A stretch of 64,000 bases of DNA from Myxococcota bacterium (lineage in GTDB: Bacteria; Myxococcota_A; Polyangia; Polyangiales; Houyiibacteriaceae): NCBI GenBank assembly GCA_039028875.1, contig JBCCHE010000003.1:128130-192129 (forward strand), read 5' to 3'. Shown here piece after piece: positions 50,003 through 58,261 of the stretch. The notes under the pieces were generated by a model. It worked only from the letters and a program-made list of their open reading frames with translations, was not told the origin of the DNA and searched no databases. Each line of letters begins with the position of its first letter. Position 1 is the stretch's first letter. A program made the position numbers and the translations under genes.

Positions 50003-51031
50003 CTAGGCGAGTCGCTCGATGACGGCAGAAGCGAAGCCCTCGGTGTCGAGGGAACCTCCAAGGTCGCCCGTCTTGGCACCTTCGGAAAGCGCCCGATCGT
50101 ACGCGGACTTGATCCGCTTAGCCGCTTCACCACAGCGCGAGTCGTCGCGGCGGTCGGCGAGGTAGTTGAGCATCATGACCCCCGACATGAGAAGGGCGAG
50201 CGGGTTGGCCACCCCTTTGCCGGCGATGTCCGGCGCGGACCCATGGACCGCTTCGAATGTCGCGTAGTCATTTCCGATGTTGGCTCCCGGAACGACGCCA
50301 AGGCCACCGACAAACCCAGCGCAGAGGTCACTGAGAACGTCGCCATAGAGGTTCTCGAGCAAGAGCACGTCGAACTGGGTGGGGTCTTGAACGAGTTTCA
50401 TGCAACCCGCATCGATGATCATCTCATCGTGCTCGATGTCCGAGAAACCGCCCTCCTCTCGAGCCGCACGCGCGCAACGAAGGAACATGCCGTCGCTAAG
50501 CTTCATGATGTTGGCTTTGTGCATCACGGTGATCTTCTTGCGGCCCCGCTCACGAGCGTACTGAAAGCCCCAGTTGGCGATCCGCTTGGAGGCGTGCTCC
50601 GTGGCTACTTTGAGGCTAGTCACGACTCCGTCCGTGATTTCGTTCTCGATGCCGCTGTAGAGGCCCTCGGTGTTTTCTCGGAGCACGACGAGGTCGACTC
50701 CGCTGTAGCGGGTTTCGACACCTGCGAGGTTCCGAATCGGCCGTACCGCGACGTAGAGCTCGAGTCGCTTGCGAAGCTGGACGTTGACCGAGGTAAACCC
50801 CTTTCCGACCGGGGTCGTGCATGGGCCTTTGAGCGCGACGCCAAGCGAACGAACGGCGTCCAGGGTGGCCTGTGGAAGGACTTCGCCGGAGTCGTCGAGC
50901 GCGGCGACGCCCGCCTGATGCTCTTCCCACTCGACGGGAGCCTCGGCAGCATGCATGACTCGGGTGACGGCGGCGGCGACTTCCGGCCCAATGCCGTCAC
51001 CTGGGATCAGAACGATAGCGTGGTTTGTCAT
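50003..51031 (-). CDS. NAD-dependent isocitrate dehydrogenase (isocitrate/isopropylmalate dehydrogenase family, IDH3-like)
   Basis: ATG at 51031 is preceded by GGGAG. Motifs are IVLIPGDGIGPEV, RENTEGLYSGIE (IDH-type rather than the LeuB RELTGGIYFG), NLYGDVLSDL and HGSAPDIAGKGVANP. Confidence 0.8.
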   Translation of the reverse strand: MTNHAIVLIPGDGIGPEVAAAVTRVMHAAEAPVEWEEHQAGVAALDDSGEVLPQATLDAVRSLGVALKGPCTTPVGKGFTSVNVQLRKRLELYVAVRPIRNLAGVETRYSGVDLVVLRENTEGLYSGIENEITDGVVTSLKVATEHASKRIANWGFQYARERGRKKITVMHKANIMKLSDGMFLRCARAAREEGGFSDIEHDEMIIDAGCMKLVQDPTQFDVLLLENLYGDVLSDLCAGFVGGLGVVPGANIGNDYATFEAVHGSAPDIAGKGVANPLALLMSGVMMLNYLADRRDDSRCGEAAKRIKSAYDRALSEGAKTGDLGGSLDTEGFASAVIERLA

Positions 51032-51095
51032 TTGAAGCTCCCGGCCCAATGTTAGCGCTTGCGAGTCTGTCGCCAACCTCGAGGACCCGGATTAG

Positions 51096-51956
51096 ATGCC
51101 AGAAAAAGACGCCGTTTACAGAGCGATGACGAACGACGGTGCCTTCCGCGTGGTCGCCGCGCGGACGACCGACACCACTCGCGCAATCGTCGAGGCACAG
51201 AAGCTAGACGGCGCCGTCGCAGGAGCGCTGTCAGACCTGGCCACCAGTGCAGTCCTCTACCGGGAGACCATGGCTCCCTCGCTTCGAGTCCAGTGCATCG
51301 TGAGCCTCGAGGACCAAGGCGGCCAGCTCGTGGCCGACTCGCGGCCTGACGGGTCGACCCGGGGGCTCGTTCAAACGGGGAAGGAGGGCGCCGCCCCCGA
51401 TCTCGATAAGCACAAAGCCACCCTTCAGATGATGCGGACGCTGCCGAACTCGGACCTTCATCGGGGCGTGGTCGAGGTTCCCGAGGGCGGGAATCTTTCC
51501 GAAGCGTTCATGCGTTACATGCAGTTATCGGAGCAAATCGTATCGATGATCTCACTCGGATCGACGCTGGTCGGCGACCATCCGGCCTCCGGGGGATTCG
51601 TCGTGCAGCTTCTTCCCGAAGCGGACGAGGCAGAGGCGGCCGTCCAAACCATGACGGAGCGACTCGAGGACTTCGTCGACATCACCGCGCGACTCCAGGA
51701 GTCGGACGCGTCCCCGTCGAGGCTCATCGAAGACATCTTCGAAGGAATGCCGTTTACCTGGCTCCAGCAGAGCGACGTACGCTTTGGCTGTCATTGCAGT
51801 CAGCTTCGCGTGATGACGACCTTGAGCGTCCTCGATCGCACCGACATCCAGGAACTGGTCGACGAGGGAGACCCCCTCAGCATGAGCTGCGACTACTGCG
51901 GCACCGAGTACACGGTCGAGATCGCGCAGCTCCAGGGCCTCTTGGCCTCGAGCTGA
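51096..51956 (+). CDS. hslO: Redox-regulated chaperone Hsp33
   Basis: 286 aa. The N-terminus is Hsp33-like (AFRVVAARTTDT), and the C-terminal zinc centre is CHCS...CDYCGTEY. Confidence 0.9.
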   Translation: MPEKDAVYRAMTNDGAFRVVAARTTDTTRAIVEAQKLDGAVAGALSDLATSAVLYRETMAPSLRVQCIVSLEDQGGQLVADSRPDGSTRGLVQTGKEGAAPDLDKHKATLQMMRTLPNSDLHRGVVEVPEGGNLSEAFMRYMQLSEQIVSMISLGSTLVGDHPASGGFVVQLLPEADEAEAAVQTMTERLEDFVDITARLQESDASPSRLIEDIFEGMPFTWLQQSDVRFGCHCSQLRVMTTLSVLDRTDIQELVDEGDPLSMSCDYCGTEYTVEIAQLQGLLASS

Positions 51957-52010
51957 TGCCGGGTCCGGCTTTCTTGCCGGAAGGCGCTCGACCCAAGCAT
52001 TCTTCCGCCG

Positions 52011-53600
52011 ATGGCCGAACCGCCTAGAACGACGAACCGGGCGATTGTACGTCGCGCTGGCCTCGTGGCGAGCGGCACCCTCGCCTCTCGGCTGTTGGGC
52101 GCGGTCCGAGACGCGGTGGTGGCCGCGCAGTTCGCGATCGGCGCGACGGACGCGTTCTGGCTCGCCTTCACGATCCCCAATGCCCTCCGGTCGCTTCTGG
52201 GTGAAGGAGCTGTGTCGGCGGCTTTCGTACCGGTCTTCACCGAGGTCCGAGAGAAGGAAGGCAAGGCGCGCGCGCGCGTCTTCTACCGGCGCCTAGTCGC
52301 GGTGATGTCACTCATCTTGATTGGCGTCGCCTCGCTCGGAGTACTGCTCGCGCCTTGGGTCGTGCGCGCCTACGCGTGGGGGTTTCAAAGCGACCCTGCC
52401 CTCTTCGAAACGACGGTGGGCCTCACGCGGATGCTCTTCCCGTACATCTTCTTGATGGGCGTTTCGGCATTGATGATGGCTGCCCTTTACGCCAGCAAAC
52501 GGTTCGCACCGCCGGCCTTCGCCCCCGCGCTCTTGAACGTCGCGCTCATCACGGCCGCCTTCGTACTGGTACCCGTCGTCGACCGATTTGGCTGGCCCGG
52601 GATCTTCGCGTTGGCGCTCGGCGCACTCATCGGCGGTGTGCTCCAGATCCTCTTTCAAGTGCCGGCCCTTGCTGAAGAAGGACTCCTCGTCAGGCCTCAG
52701 CTCGACCTCCGGGATCCGTACGTACGCAAGTGCGGGCGGCTGATGGTCCCCCTCCTCGCCGGCCTCGGCGTCTATCAGCTCAACTTGTTGCTGTCGCGCC
52801 TGTTCGCATCCTTTCTCCCAACTGGAAGCATCAGCTACCTCTACTACGGAGCCCGACTCGCCGAGATCCCCCAAGGCATGTTCGCGCTCGCGATCGCGTC
52901 GGCGGCCTTGCCGTCACTGAGCGACGCGGTGACGCGCGGAGACGATTCCGAGGCGAAGCGGCTGTTTCGATACTCCCTTCGCCTCACCTTGTTCGTCGCC
53001 GTCCCGGCCGGGGTGGCGCTGGTCATCCTCGCCGAACCGACGATCACGGTCTTCATTGGGCGCGGCCGCTACGACGCCGCGGAGGTGGCGCAAACCGTGA
53101 GATCGTTCGTCTGGCAGGCTGGCGGAATCTGGGCGGTCGCGTCGGTACGAACGATCATCCCGATGTTTCACGCACACAACGACACGCGAACGCCAGTCAT
53201 CGCAAGCGCCCTCAACCTGGTGACCTTCGTAGGTTTGAGTCTCGCCCTGATGGGACCGATGCAACACGCCGGGTTGGCGGCGGCGACTACGGCCGCAGCG
53301 GTGGTTCAACTGATCGCCCTGCTTGGGCTCCTTCGACGGCAAGCGGGTCCTATTGGGCTCTCCGAGATCGGGGCGAGTGTGCTTCGTGTGCTTGTCGCAA
53401 GCGCGGTGATGGGTGCCGTCGTCGCTGCGATGGCAACTCTCGGCAGATGGGAGCTCGGCGGGGACGACGCCAGGAACCTTCTGGTCTTCCTCGGAACCGT
53501 CGTCGTTGGCGGCATCGTGTACCTGGGAGTCGCCCGGGCGCTTGGCGCCCCGGAGCTTCGGGATCTTTGGACCTCGATTGCCGGACGCGGACGTGCATGA
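52011..53600 (+). CDS. murJ: Lipid II flippase MurJ (MviN)
   Basis: 529 aa and 14 predicted TM helices. The N-terminus [49 protein letters not shown] is the MurJ signature region. Confidence 0.9.
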   Translation: [529 protein letters not shown]

Positions 53601-53627
53601 GCGCGCATCGGCGCTAAGAGAGACCCG

Positions 53628-54239
53628 ATGGACGTGCTGGACGCAGACTTCGTGGCGGGCGCCACGGCTTTCGGCCAGCTCCCTGCGCCCATCTACGCCG
53701 AGATTGCGTTCGCGGGTCGATCGAACGTCGGGAAGTCGAGCCTGATCAACAGCCTCGTTGCCCGCAAGAAGCTCGTTCGCACCAGCAGCGACCCGGGGTG
53801 CACCCGGGCGATCAACATCTTTCGGGTGCGACTCCGGCACGACGCGCACGAGGGACACGTCGATCTCGTCGACCTGCCAGGCTACGGCTACGCACGCCGA
53901 AGCAAGGCCGAACGCCGTGCGTGGGGGCCGTTGATCGAAGATTTCCTTACGCATCGGGCTGGGCTCCGAGGCGCGGTGGTCATCGTCGACGTCCGTCGCG
54001 GCCTGCAGGCAGAAGACGAGCAGTTGATGGAGTTCCTACAAAGCGTCGATGTGCAGCCGATCCTGGTCGCGACCAAAGTGGACAAGCTCCCGGCCAGCAA
54101 ACGCAAGCCTTCTCTCGCCACGCTTCGACGGGAGGCGGGACAAACCATCTATGCATACAGCTCGGTCACGCAGGAAGGCCGAGACGCCCTGTGGAGGGAG
54201 CTCCTCAGGGTCAGCGGGATTCGCGAGCCGAACGAATGA
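53628..54239 (+). CDS. engB: Ribosome-biogenesis GTPase EngB/YihA
   Basis: EIAFAGRSNVGKSSLIN (G1), DLPGYGYA (G3) and ATKVDKL (G4). Length 203 aa. Confidence 0.9.
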   Translation: MDVLDADFVAGATAFGQLPAPIYAEIAFAGRSNVGKSSLINSLVARKKLVRTSSDPGCTRAINIFRVRLRHDAHEGHVDLVDLPGYGYARRSKAERRAWGPLIEDFLTHRAGLRGAVVIVDVRRGLQAEDEQLMEFLQSVDVQPILVATKVDKLPASKRKPSLATLRREAGQTIYAYSSVTQEGRDALWRELLRVSGIREPNE

Positions 54240-54261
54240 CCGTCGTGACCGCGAGGGCGAC

Positions 54262-55875
54262 TCAGTTGTCGAGGTCGAGCCGGAGGTCTTGATCCGGATC
54301 GCGGAGCCGAAGATTGGACGGGTCGCCGAGCATCAACGCAGGATCCTGCCCGCCCGGAGAAGGCGCTCCGCCGGGGGCCCCGAGGCTTGGCGCGTCGAGT
54401 TCGAGCCCAACGGCGGGGGGCGCACCGATCGCTCCCCCTCCCGCGACGCCTGGCCCGAGTGCCTCCGCAAGGTACCGCCGGAGCTCATCCCGCTTTTTCG
54501 GCGGTACGAGTTCGAGCGCCGCGTCGGTCTGCGCCTTGGCGCCATCGACATCGCCGGCCTCGAGGAGCACCCGCGCCGCTTGTAGCCGCTGCTGCCAGTT
54601 GTCTGGGTCGAGTTCGACGGACCGTCTCACCCGCGCGACCGCGGCGTCGAGATCCCCTTCGGCCAAGTAATACTGACCCCACAGCGCCCAGAGCGACGCA
54701 GACGACGGGTCGAGCGTCTGCGCCGTCTCGAGGGCCGCCCGCGCTCGTTCAGGCTGATCCATCCCGAAATTCATCATCGCGCGGACGCGATAGGCCCGGG
54801 CGTACTGCGGCCACCGTTCGATCACTTGATCGATGGTCTGGGCCACGGCGCCGAGTTCAGCAGCGGCCGCCGCGTGTTGGCCTCCCATCTGCAGCATCGC
54901 GGCAGTCGCCATCGAAAGTTGCACGAGGTTGAGATCACGGGGCCCGTCCGCTCGCAGCTCCCGCGCGGCCTCGAGCTCTTTCGAGCCAGCCGTGACGCCG
55001 CCGGTCTCGAGCAGAACCGTGCCGTGGACGCTACGACTCGAAGGCGAGACGGGATCGAGGAGGAGCGCCGTCTCGATCAAGGGAAGGGACTCGGCACCAT
55101 CCCCCGACCGGACGAACGTGCGCACCGCGTCGGTGGCCAGGCCGGCCCCAATGACTTCGGTATCCCGGAGGATTCTTACCGACGCCGGCTTCGGGTTCGT
55201 CCGCCCACCCCAAGGATCGTAGAAGTCGGGATCGTCAGATTCGTCGTTCTCGACCGCGACGAGGAAGTACCCAAGGCGGCCGGTGGGATCCGGCGGAGAG
55301 GGTTCTCCGAGATCCCACGTCTCCGCCACCATCGCAGGCAGCCCCTCGTCGCGCAGCAAGGCCGCCATCGCCACCGCCGCCTCGAGCGGGTAGAGCTGCG
55401 GCTTGTCTCCACTTGAAAGCGCTGCCAGTGTCTCTTCTGCGGTGTAGAGGTCCCTCGGGAGCGGTTTCTCGAGATTCCATCGCGTCGACTTGCTCCGAAC
55501 GGCAGCGGCGACTTCTGCAGGATCGGACGGCCAGTCTATCTCGCCGGTGAGCACGAATAGCCCGTCGAGCCTTCCGACCGAAAGCTGATCTCGTTCGAGG
55601 TAACCGGTTACTTCGCGTGGGTCGAGAGGCCGCAGCGGAGGCGTCTCTTCGAGTGTGACGGTGTTGGCACGGTAGGCGCCGTACCCCACGAGGCCGGCGA
55701 CCGCGACGAGCACGGCCGCGAGCACCCCGGCCCGCCGCTTTGGCGTAGGCTCTGGCTGGGCGACAACAGGCTGCACGCCCCCTCGCCGCATGCACTGCGG
55801 ACAGCGCGGCTTCTTGGCGGCTTCTTCCGATGCGAACTCGAGGTCGCAGTGGGCACAAAAGAGCTTGTCAGCCAT
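54262..55875 (-). CDS. Zinc-ribbon / single-TM / transglutaminase-like (degenerate) / TPR protein
   Basis: The N-terminus has CAHCDLEF...CPQCM, and the TM helix is AGVLAAVLVAVAGLVGYGAY. YPLEAAVAMAALLRDEGLPAMVAE...GYFLVAV...FYDPWGG resembles a transglutaminase-like core, with the Cys and His positions substituted. C-terminal TPRs include WALWGQYYLAEGDLDAAVARVRRSVELDPDN. Confidence 0.6.
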   Translation of the reverse strand: MADKLFCAHCDLEFASEEAAKKPRCPQCMRRGGVQPVVAQPEPTPKRRAGVLAAVLVAVAGLVGYGAYRANTVTLEETPPLRPLDPREVTGYLERDQLSVGRLDGLFVLTGEIDWPSDPAEVAAAVRSKSTRWNLEKPLPRDLYTAEETLAALSSGDKPQLYPLEAAVAMAALLRDEGLPAMVAETWDLGEPSPPDPTGRLGYFLVAVENDESDDPDFYDPWGGRTNPKPASVRILRDTEVIGAGLATDAVRTFVRSGDGAESLPLIETALLLDPVSPSSRSVHGTVLLETGGVTAGSKELEAARELRADGPRDLNLVQLSMATAAMLQMGGQHAAAAAELGAVAQTIDQVIERWPQYARAYRVRAMMNFGMDQPERARAALETAQTLDPSSASLWALWGQYYLAEGDLDAAVARVRRSVELDPDNWQQRLQAARVLLEAGDVDGAKAQTDAALELVPPKKRDELRRYLAEALGPGVAGGGAIGAPPAVGLELDAPSLGAPGGAPSPGGQDPALMLGDPSNLRLRDPDQDLRLDLDN

Positions 55876-55916
55876 GGCGCGCGAGCATACCCAAAAGGCC
55901 CTGCGGCGCTAGGCGG

Positions 55917-56444
55917 CTATGGCGCCTCGGCTTCTTCGAGATGGTCGGGCACGAAACCGTGTCCGTGGATGGCGGCTACCGCCGAGCCGCATGCCCGAGC
56001 GCGCCCCGTCCGCCATTCACTGTCCCACAGCGACACTTGGCACTCGAGGTCACCAAAGTTGATGCCAAGCTCCGGTTTCGACTCGAGCGCGCTTGGCGCG
56101 GTCTCGTGCTCTGACTCGAGCGAGCAGCAGTCGAGCGCGCGCAATTGGCGAACCAGCTCTCGATACTTCTTTTCAGGGACCACCTGCTCGACACTCATCA
56201 TCGTGCCGTTTGGACTCTTGGTCACGACCACCATGTCGCGGTTCCCCTGGACCGCCATGTAGAGGGTGTCTCGGGTCGCGTTCCGGCCAATCATGCCCCA
56301 GGAGACGACCACTTCGTCTGGGGCCGAGCTTGGCATCAAGACCGCCTCCTCGGCCTTCGGCTCGCACCCGAATGCGCACAACCAAGACGCGACAAACAGG
56401 ACGCGAATCAAAGGGTTCCACATGCGGCAGACTAGATCACGCAT
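55917..56444 (-). CDS. Hypothetical lipoprotein
   Basis: The lipobox is LCAFGC after a hydrophobic leader. Length is 168-175 aa depending on the start (56444 or ATG 56423). I recognise no motif. Confidence 0.5.
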   Translation of the reverse strand: MRDLVCRMWNPLIRVLFVASWLCAFGCEPKAEEAVLMPSSAPDEVVVSWGMIGRNATRDTLYMAVQGNRDMVVVTKSPNGTMMSVEQVVPEKKYRELVRQLRALDCCSLESEHETAPSALESKPELGINFGDLECQVSLWDSEWRTGRARACGSAVAAIHGHGFVPDHLEEAEAP

Positions 56445-56498
56445 CGACCGGGAAGTCTACCGGGTGCCCCAACTGAGAAACAAGCATACGCTCCCCAG

Positions 56499-56825
56499 GT
56501 GGCTGACGAGTTCGATTGCTTGGCGTGCGGCGCGTGTTGCCGAACCGGAACGGATGGCAGGATCCTGATCCCACCAGACGATCTAGTCCGGTGGCGCGAC
56601 CGAGGGCGCGGCGACATCGCCGAGGCAATCCAACCGGGGCACTTTGGAATGGTGGCGTTCGCCACCCGCAAAGATGGCGCCTGCGTCCATCTCGGCACCG
56701 ACACCAGCCCGAACGGCTGCTCGATTTACGAGATCCGGGGAACGACATGCCGCGAGTTCGAACGCGGGAGCCAACAGTGTCGCGAGTTTCGCCGCGACGC
56801 CGGCATCGATCTCGCCCCACCATGA
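56499..56825 (+). CDS. YkgJ-family (UPF0153) cysteine-cluster protein
   Basis: GTG start. CLACGACC near the N-terminus plus CVHL...CSIYEIRGTTCREF is the YkgJ/Fe-S or zinc-chelating domain pattern. Confidence 0.75.
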   Translation: MADEFDCLACGACCRTGTDGRILIPPDDLVRWRDRGRGDIAEAIQPGHFGMVAFATRKDGACVHLGTDTSPNGCSIYEIRGTTCREFERGSQQCREFRRDAGIDLAPP

Positions 56826-56878
56826 CCCCTCGTGGCGCACAGCACGCCTTGGCCTAGACTCAAACGAGGAGTAGTTCC

Positions 56879-57217
56879 ATGACGACCGTCAAAGACGCCA
56901 CGTCCATGTTCGCCGCAGAGCGACGTGCCTATCTCGGGAAGCGGCCAGGCTTTCACATCAACGAGCTCCAGCTCGGTCCCACGCAGTCCGTGCCGTGGCA
57001 CTATCACAACACGATTCAGGACACGTTCTACGTCATCGAAGGCCGGATCCGTTTGCATCTCCGTCAACCGGACGAACAAGTGGTTCTCGGCCCGGCGGAG
57101 ACTTACTCCGTGTCACCGAAGCGCCCGCACCTCGTCACCAACGACACGGACGACTCGAGCACTTTTCTCGTGCTCCAGGGCATCGGCGAGTACGACTTCG
57201 TTCTGCTCGACGAATAG
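56879..57217 (+). CDS. Cupin-domain protein
   Basis: ATG at 56879 is preceded by GAGGAG. It has 112 aa. WHYHNTIQDTFYVIEG...V..PH.V.N is a cupin motif 1/2 arrangement. Confidence 0.75.
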   Translation: MTTVKDATSMFAAERRAYLGKRPGFHINELQLGPTQSVPWHYHNTIQDTFYVIEGRIRLHLRQPDEQVVLGPAETYSVSPKRPHLVTNDTDDSSTFLVLQGIGEYDFVLLDE

Positions 57218-57240
57218 CGACGGCGGCCCCGAACCAGGCC

Positions 57241-57813
57241 CTAGTGCGCGGTTTTGCCAGGCATCACCGCATTGGCGTGGCCGACCGCAACGTACTTGGT
57301 CGCACCTTCGCGAGCCCGAAACGCCATCACGCCTGCGAAGAAACCAGCTGGGAAGGCCACCCACCCTGTCAGCAGCACCCCGCCCATGAAGTAATCGAGA
57401 GCGGTGTGCAGCGGTGTATGACTCATCGCCGCGACCTCGAGTGCAAAGAAGAGGAAGGCGACGATCGTCACGAGCACCCCCTGGCGACCCGCAAGCGACG
57501 CGTCGGTCACGTAGTGCGTGTCGAGAATCGCCGCGCCGAAGAGCGAACCGGCAAAGAAGGAGGCCACGACGGGCAGAAGCATGTACACGAGCCAGGCGTC
57601 GCTGGCGCCACCTGCCCACGCCGTCACCGCAAACGGAACCGAAAGGACCAAGGCGACCCGCGCACTCCAAAGCCCACAAAGGGCGCGGCGCCGAAGGGCC
57701 GCTGTCTCCCAGTCTGTTGCTGGGTCGATCACCGCTGCACGGCGCCTGCGGGCGGCCGCTTCGCGAAGAGACGGCGTCAATTGTGATCCTCTGCTCTTTG
57801 TGAAGTTAGTCAT
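57241..57813 (-). CDS. Integral membrane protein (about 4 TM helices), function unknown
   Basis: I prefer ATG at 57813; the TTG at 57861 would lie inside the dyad element. The hydrophobic helices include VALVLSVPFAVTAWAG, LVYMLLPVVASFFAGSLFGAAIL, VLVTIVAFLFFALEVAAM and GGVLLTGWVAFPAGFFAGVMAF. It is divergent from the HxlR-type regulator. Confidence 0.6.
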   Translation of the reverse strand: MTNFTKSRGSQLTPSLREAAARRRRAAVIDPATDWETAALRRRALCGLWSARVALVLSVPFAVTAWAGGASDAWLVYMLLPVVASFFAGSLFGAAILDTHYVTDASLAGRQGVLVTIVAFLFFALEVAAMSHTPLHTALDYFMGGVLLTGWVAFPAGFFAGVMAFRAREGATKYVAVGHANAVMPGKTAH

Positions 57814-57831
57814 TTTTCGGCCCCCGACTCT

Positions 57832-57891
57832 CAATGCTATCAATTCAGTAGCGTCAGTCAACTCTTTGACGCTATTTTTTTCGTAGCATTG
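57832..57891. promoter_or_regulatory. 60-bp nested dyad: CAATGCTA-N9-TAGCGTCA-N10-TGACGCTA-N9(T7)-TAGCATTG
   Basis: Read directly. The outer arms 57832-57839 / 57884-57891 and the inner arms 57849-57856 / 57867-57874 are perfectly complementary. This equals two inverted copies of ACGCTA-N9-TAGCAT. The inner hairpin is followed on the + strand by TTTTTTT (57875-57881). It lies between the divergent membrane-protein and HxlR genes. Confidence 0.6.
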
Positions 57892-57926
57892 GCGTTGCGA
57901 GCCGCCTTGGGCTAATCAGGGAAGGC

Positions 57927-58232
57927 ATGGCGAAGTCGAAAAAAGACCGCCCGATCATGGTTTTGCTCGATAGCCTCGGGCGGCGCTGGAGCCTTAGAAT
58001 CATTTGGGAATTACAGGAAGGACCGGCGACTTTTCGTGCGCTCCGAAAGGCGTGCGACGGCGTCTCGCCGAGCGTGCTCAACACACGGCTCGGCGAACTG
58101 CGCAAACTTGGCTTCATCGAGAAGACAGACGACGGATACGCCCTCACGCGAGATGGCGACTCCCTCGCAGATCGTCTCATCAAGCTCGATCGCTGGGCCC
58201 GCCGTTGGGACAAGCGGCGGCGCGGGAAGTGA
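57927..58232 (+). CDS. HxlR-family winged-helix transcriptional regulator
   Basis: ATG is preceded by AGGGAAGG and the protein has 101 aa. LLDSLGRRWSLRIIWELQEGPATFRALRKACDGVSPSVLNTRLGELRKLGFIEK is the HxlR/DUF24 pattern. Confidence 0.85.
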   Translation: MAKSKKDRPIMVLLDSLGRRWSLRIIWELQEGPATFRALRKACDGVSPSVLNTRLGELRKLGFIEKTDDGYALTRDGDSLADRLIKLDRWARRWDKRRRGK

Positions 58233-58261
58233 GCTGCACCACAAAGGGTGGCGCGCTGCGC

